Assembly: GCA_009103225.1 (NCBI GenBank)
Contig: RHPI01000810.1
Span: 806,001-870,000, forward strand
Length of the DNA stretch: 64,000 nt
Origin: Chlorokybus atmophyticus
Taxonomy: Eukaryota > Plantae > Mesostigma and Chlorokybus algae
Direction: 5' to 3'
Every line of letters starts with the position of its first letter. Positions within the stretch are counted from its first letter, which is position 1. A program made the translations under genes and the position numbers. Positions 61,274-64,000 of the stretch are shown here, piece by piece. The notes beneath the pieces were generated by a model that was given only the letters and a program-made list of their open reading frames with translations, was not told where the DNA came from and did not search any database.

Positions 61274-64000
61274 TCAATCAAGGCATGCCTCCTCTTCTCC
61301 TTCGTCGTCATCCGTAGCTTTGCGCTTGCGGGGGCGTTGCGCGCGCAGGTGATCACAAAGCTGTGAAATCGCCATTGCTTTTCCTCGACGGTGTTGTGCT
61401 GGGTCATTTCTGTAAGCATCAAGTCGCGATGCTGCATCCTCCTTGGAAATATCAAGGTCCTTGGCCGTCTTTATCACGTGCTGAAATATGATGTTGCGCT
61501 TGTCGAAAAACTTTACCATGGCGCAGTCTCCCTGCCGCCATGCTGTCTTATGCAATTGCACAAGCTCTTTGACAGCTGGGCCACCATCCAAGCCACATGT
61601 GAATTCCATCTAGATGTCTAGCACAGTGGACAGCTCTTGCTGCAGTTGATACCTTGGTGGAATGTCGCGTGCACTTGGCTTAGCTTGAGGAGGTTGTCGC
61701 GATATTGATGGACGATGTGTAGGTGCTGCAGCAGAGGGTAAACCTTTGCCTGGTGAGCTGTCCGGACCGATATGCACTCCTTGCTGTGTAAATTCTTCGC
61801 GGATTCATTGCTCTATGCAAGCAACTTTAGCATCCATAGATGCCTCAAAAGCAATAAGCATCTGCTGCTGCGCTGTCACATGGTTCATCATCATCCGCAA
61901 CAGCCGCTCTAGCTATTGCATGATTACGGCAAACCGCACAAAACCCAATATCAACGCATGCTGATTCTTATATACATGCACGCATGTAATTGTGTACAAA
62001 CAGCTTGACACAGTAGAATACATGTTATAAGCAGATTGACGTTGTACAGCTTGCACACTTACCCGATCAGGCAGTGTGTCGTACTGTGGATATGGCGCAG
62101 CCATCCACTGATTATGAGCAGCACATACTTGTGCAGCCCAAGCCTCAAACATCGGAGTCTGAAACATGAGATATGCACAGACGCTCAAAGCGGTGAACCC
62201 GCATTGCTGCACATCGCCTCTAGACAACGTAACATCACGGCGCATAAGGGCGACATCCTGTGTGGCAATGTAATTATGTATACTTTACACATGTATAAAA
62301 CAATAAGTTATGTGTCAACCCACAAGGTTATGCACGTTTGAAACCTGCGCAACAACATTGCGCTTGTGGTCGAGAAATTTGCAGTGCTTGTAAGCAACAT
62401 AATTGGCCTGGCCGTAGGCTCGCTCTCTTTGAAAATGTCACACATGACATTACAACACATAATACTATGGTATGTTTCTTCATAAAGTACATCATGCATT
62501 AATTGTGTATATCGCGCACATGTGTTCCATTGCATTGTCAAGCCATGGAAAGATCTTACGCCGCAATGTATGCGGCAGCGAAAAGCGAGAGCGCGCCAGG
62601 ATATTCTTTGAAGACAATTGCTCGCCACCATGTCCGGCAGTCACGGCGCATGTGGCCACGTCCAGCTTGGTCACCAGCTTGGTGGTATAACAATGAAAAG
62701 TGCTCGTTACTCCATCTTCCATTCTGATTGATGCCCTGTTCTGTTGCTCTGCATACGGACATAGTTATTCACGCGTTATATTATCATCAGAATGTATGCT
62801 TTACAGTTACGCTCTCAATACACATTAATCAGCAGCTTCCGTGCAACTTACCCCGCATTCATTGCTTGTTGCGAGAATTCTTTTCGTGAAGTCACATGGA
62901 CCTTCTGTTTTCCATGCACAATGTCGCAGTGCCAAAACGCTTCACACGCATTCACGTACTGCTGCTTGTATGACACAAGCTTGCTTGGATCTTCTTCCCG
63001 AAAACAGCTTTTCCCCGTATCTGCTCAGCGCATCTGTTACAGCCCACTCGACCACAAAAGACTTGGTGCTTTTATGGTCGATTTGTGGTAGTTTAATGTA
63101 CCTTCCCGTTACATTCCCCCCCACATAAGAACGCTAACGTCCTCGGCAGCTGGCTCCCATCAGCTGGGGAATCATCCTAGGGGTCTGATTAGAGTTGGTC
63201 ACCGGCCCCACCACCCAAGGACCGGCCAATTTAGGCCCATACCGGTCAACGCGCGCATAGCGACCAGCTGATGGGAGCCAGCTGCCGAGGTTGTCAGCGT
63301 CCTAAAGTGGGGGGGAATGTAACGGGAAGGTACATTAGATTACCACAAATCGACCATGGAAGCACCGAGTCTTTTATAGTTGAGTGGACTGTGACATTGG
63401 TCATCGGAGCTTGAGACCCGGGTTCGATTCCTGCCTTGCACACGAATTTCGCGGTCGTTGTTTCTTGATCCAGTAACATCGTAAATGGTCACTTCATAAA
63501 TGCCATCATCGATAGGTCGCGACTTGCCTAATGGCAGTCGCGCCGGCGTTCAGTCGGCGCGGCAGGACGCAACCTGCCTGTCGCGATGCGACCTGTGGGC
63601 CGGCAGCGATTTACGTGCGTTGACCGGTATGGGCCTACTATTAGCCGGCCCTTGTCTGTGGGGCCGGTGACCGACCCTAACAAACCCCTGGGACAATTCC
63701 CCAGCTGAGCGTGGGCAGCTGCCAAAAACGTCAGCGTTCTTAAGTGGGGGGGAATGTAACGGGAAGGTACGTTAAATAACCACAAATCGACCATCAAAGC
63801 ACCAAGTCTTTTGTGGTCGAGTGGGTTGTAACAGCATCATGAATTATTGACAACCATAATATGGCCGCACAGCTATAGCGATCAATCAACACACTTACCA
63901 AGCGGCTCGTGTTGAGAAGTCTGGCGGCGGGCGCTCATGCAGGTGGTAGTTGTGAAAGAGGTGCAGCGCAATTGCGATCTGCCAGCACGCAACCGGATTC
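61274..64000 (-). mobile_element. Decayed Crypton-like tyrosine recombinase transposon (Ndc10-II-like YR + GCR1_C-like), runs off the window end
   Basis: NPVACWQIAIALHLFHNYHLHERPPPDFSTRAAW|YGEKLFSG; QGINQNGRW; LARSRFSLPHTLRRKIFPWLD; LMFQTPMFEAWAAQV; YQLQQELSTVLDI*MEFTCGLDGGPAVKELVQLHKTAWRQG...FFDKRNIIF...AASRLDAYR. Multiple stops and frameshifts. Confidence 0.78.
63035..63833. mobile_element. 799-bp non-autonomous long-TIR (foldback) element with 5-bp TSD GCATC, inserted in a Crypton intron
   Basis: GCATC|TGTTACA...TGTAACA|GCATC; 63035-~63251 is the reverse complement of ~63617-63833; extra internal copy of the terminal ~130 bp at 63264-63395. Confidence 0.9.

Noticed and set aside
63370-63445. 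tRNA gene
   Set aside because: It has A/B boxes and a partial T-arm but no acceptor or anticodon stem pairing; treated as a tRNA-like promoter only.

Overview
Eukaryotic, intron-rich nuclear DNA, most likely from a flagellate green alga of the early streptophyte type. This is inferred from a nuclear SULP2/CysW, centriole/flagellar genes (CEP70, PPP1R36-like) and land-plant-like SLT1, PAM71-HL and UMA-UBA genes. Most short ORFs in the supplied track are spurious; I reconstructed the real genes by joining GT-AG exons. From 1 to 53.6 kb the window holds about 14 housekeeping genes, largely as tight divergent pairs: alpha/beta hydrolase, SCCPDH-like, proteasome beta1, Ycf49-like, UBAP1-like, PPP1R36-like, SULP2, CNOT10, CEP70, NAA20, Y14, importin-4, PAM71-HL and SLT1-like. 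Between NAA20 and Y14 lies a ~6.5-kb segment bounded by ~260-bp direct repeats. It carries an intronless, GC-rich gene with an MLKL/HeLo/RPW8-like helical N-terminus fused directly to 14 highly homogeneous HET-E-type WD40 repeats, interrupted by two frameshifts. The last 10 kb is transposon-rich: a complete pogo/Fot1-like element (TIRs, TA TSD, DD35D, inactivated), a decayed intron-containing Crypton-like tyrosine recombinase element with a GCR1_C-like domain, and inside one of its introns a 799-bp TGT...ACA foldback element with a 5-bp TSD and Pol III A/B-box-like motifs. Exon boundaries were read by eye, and all family assignments come from recalled motifs, not database searches.
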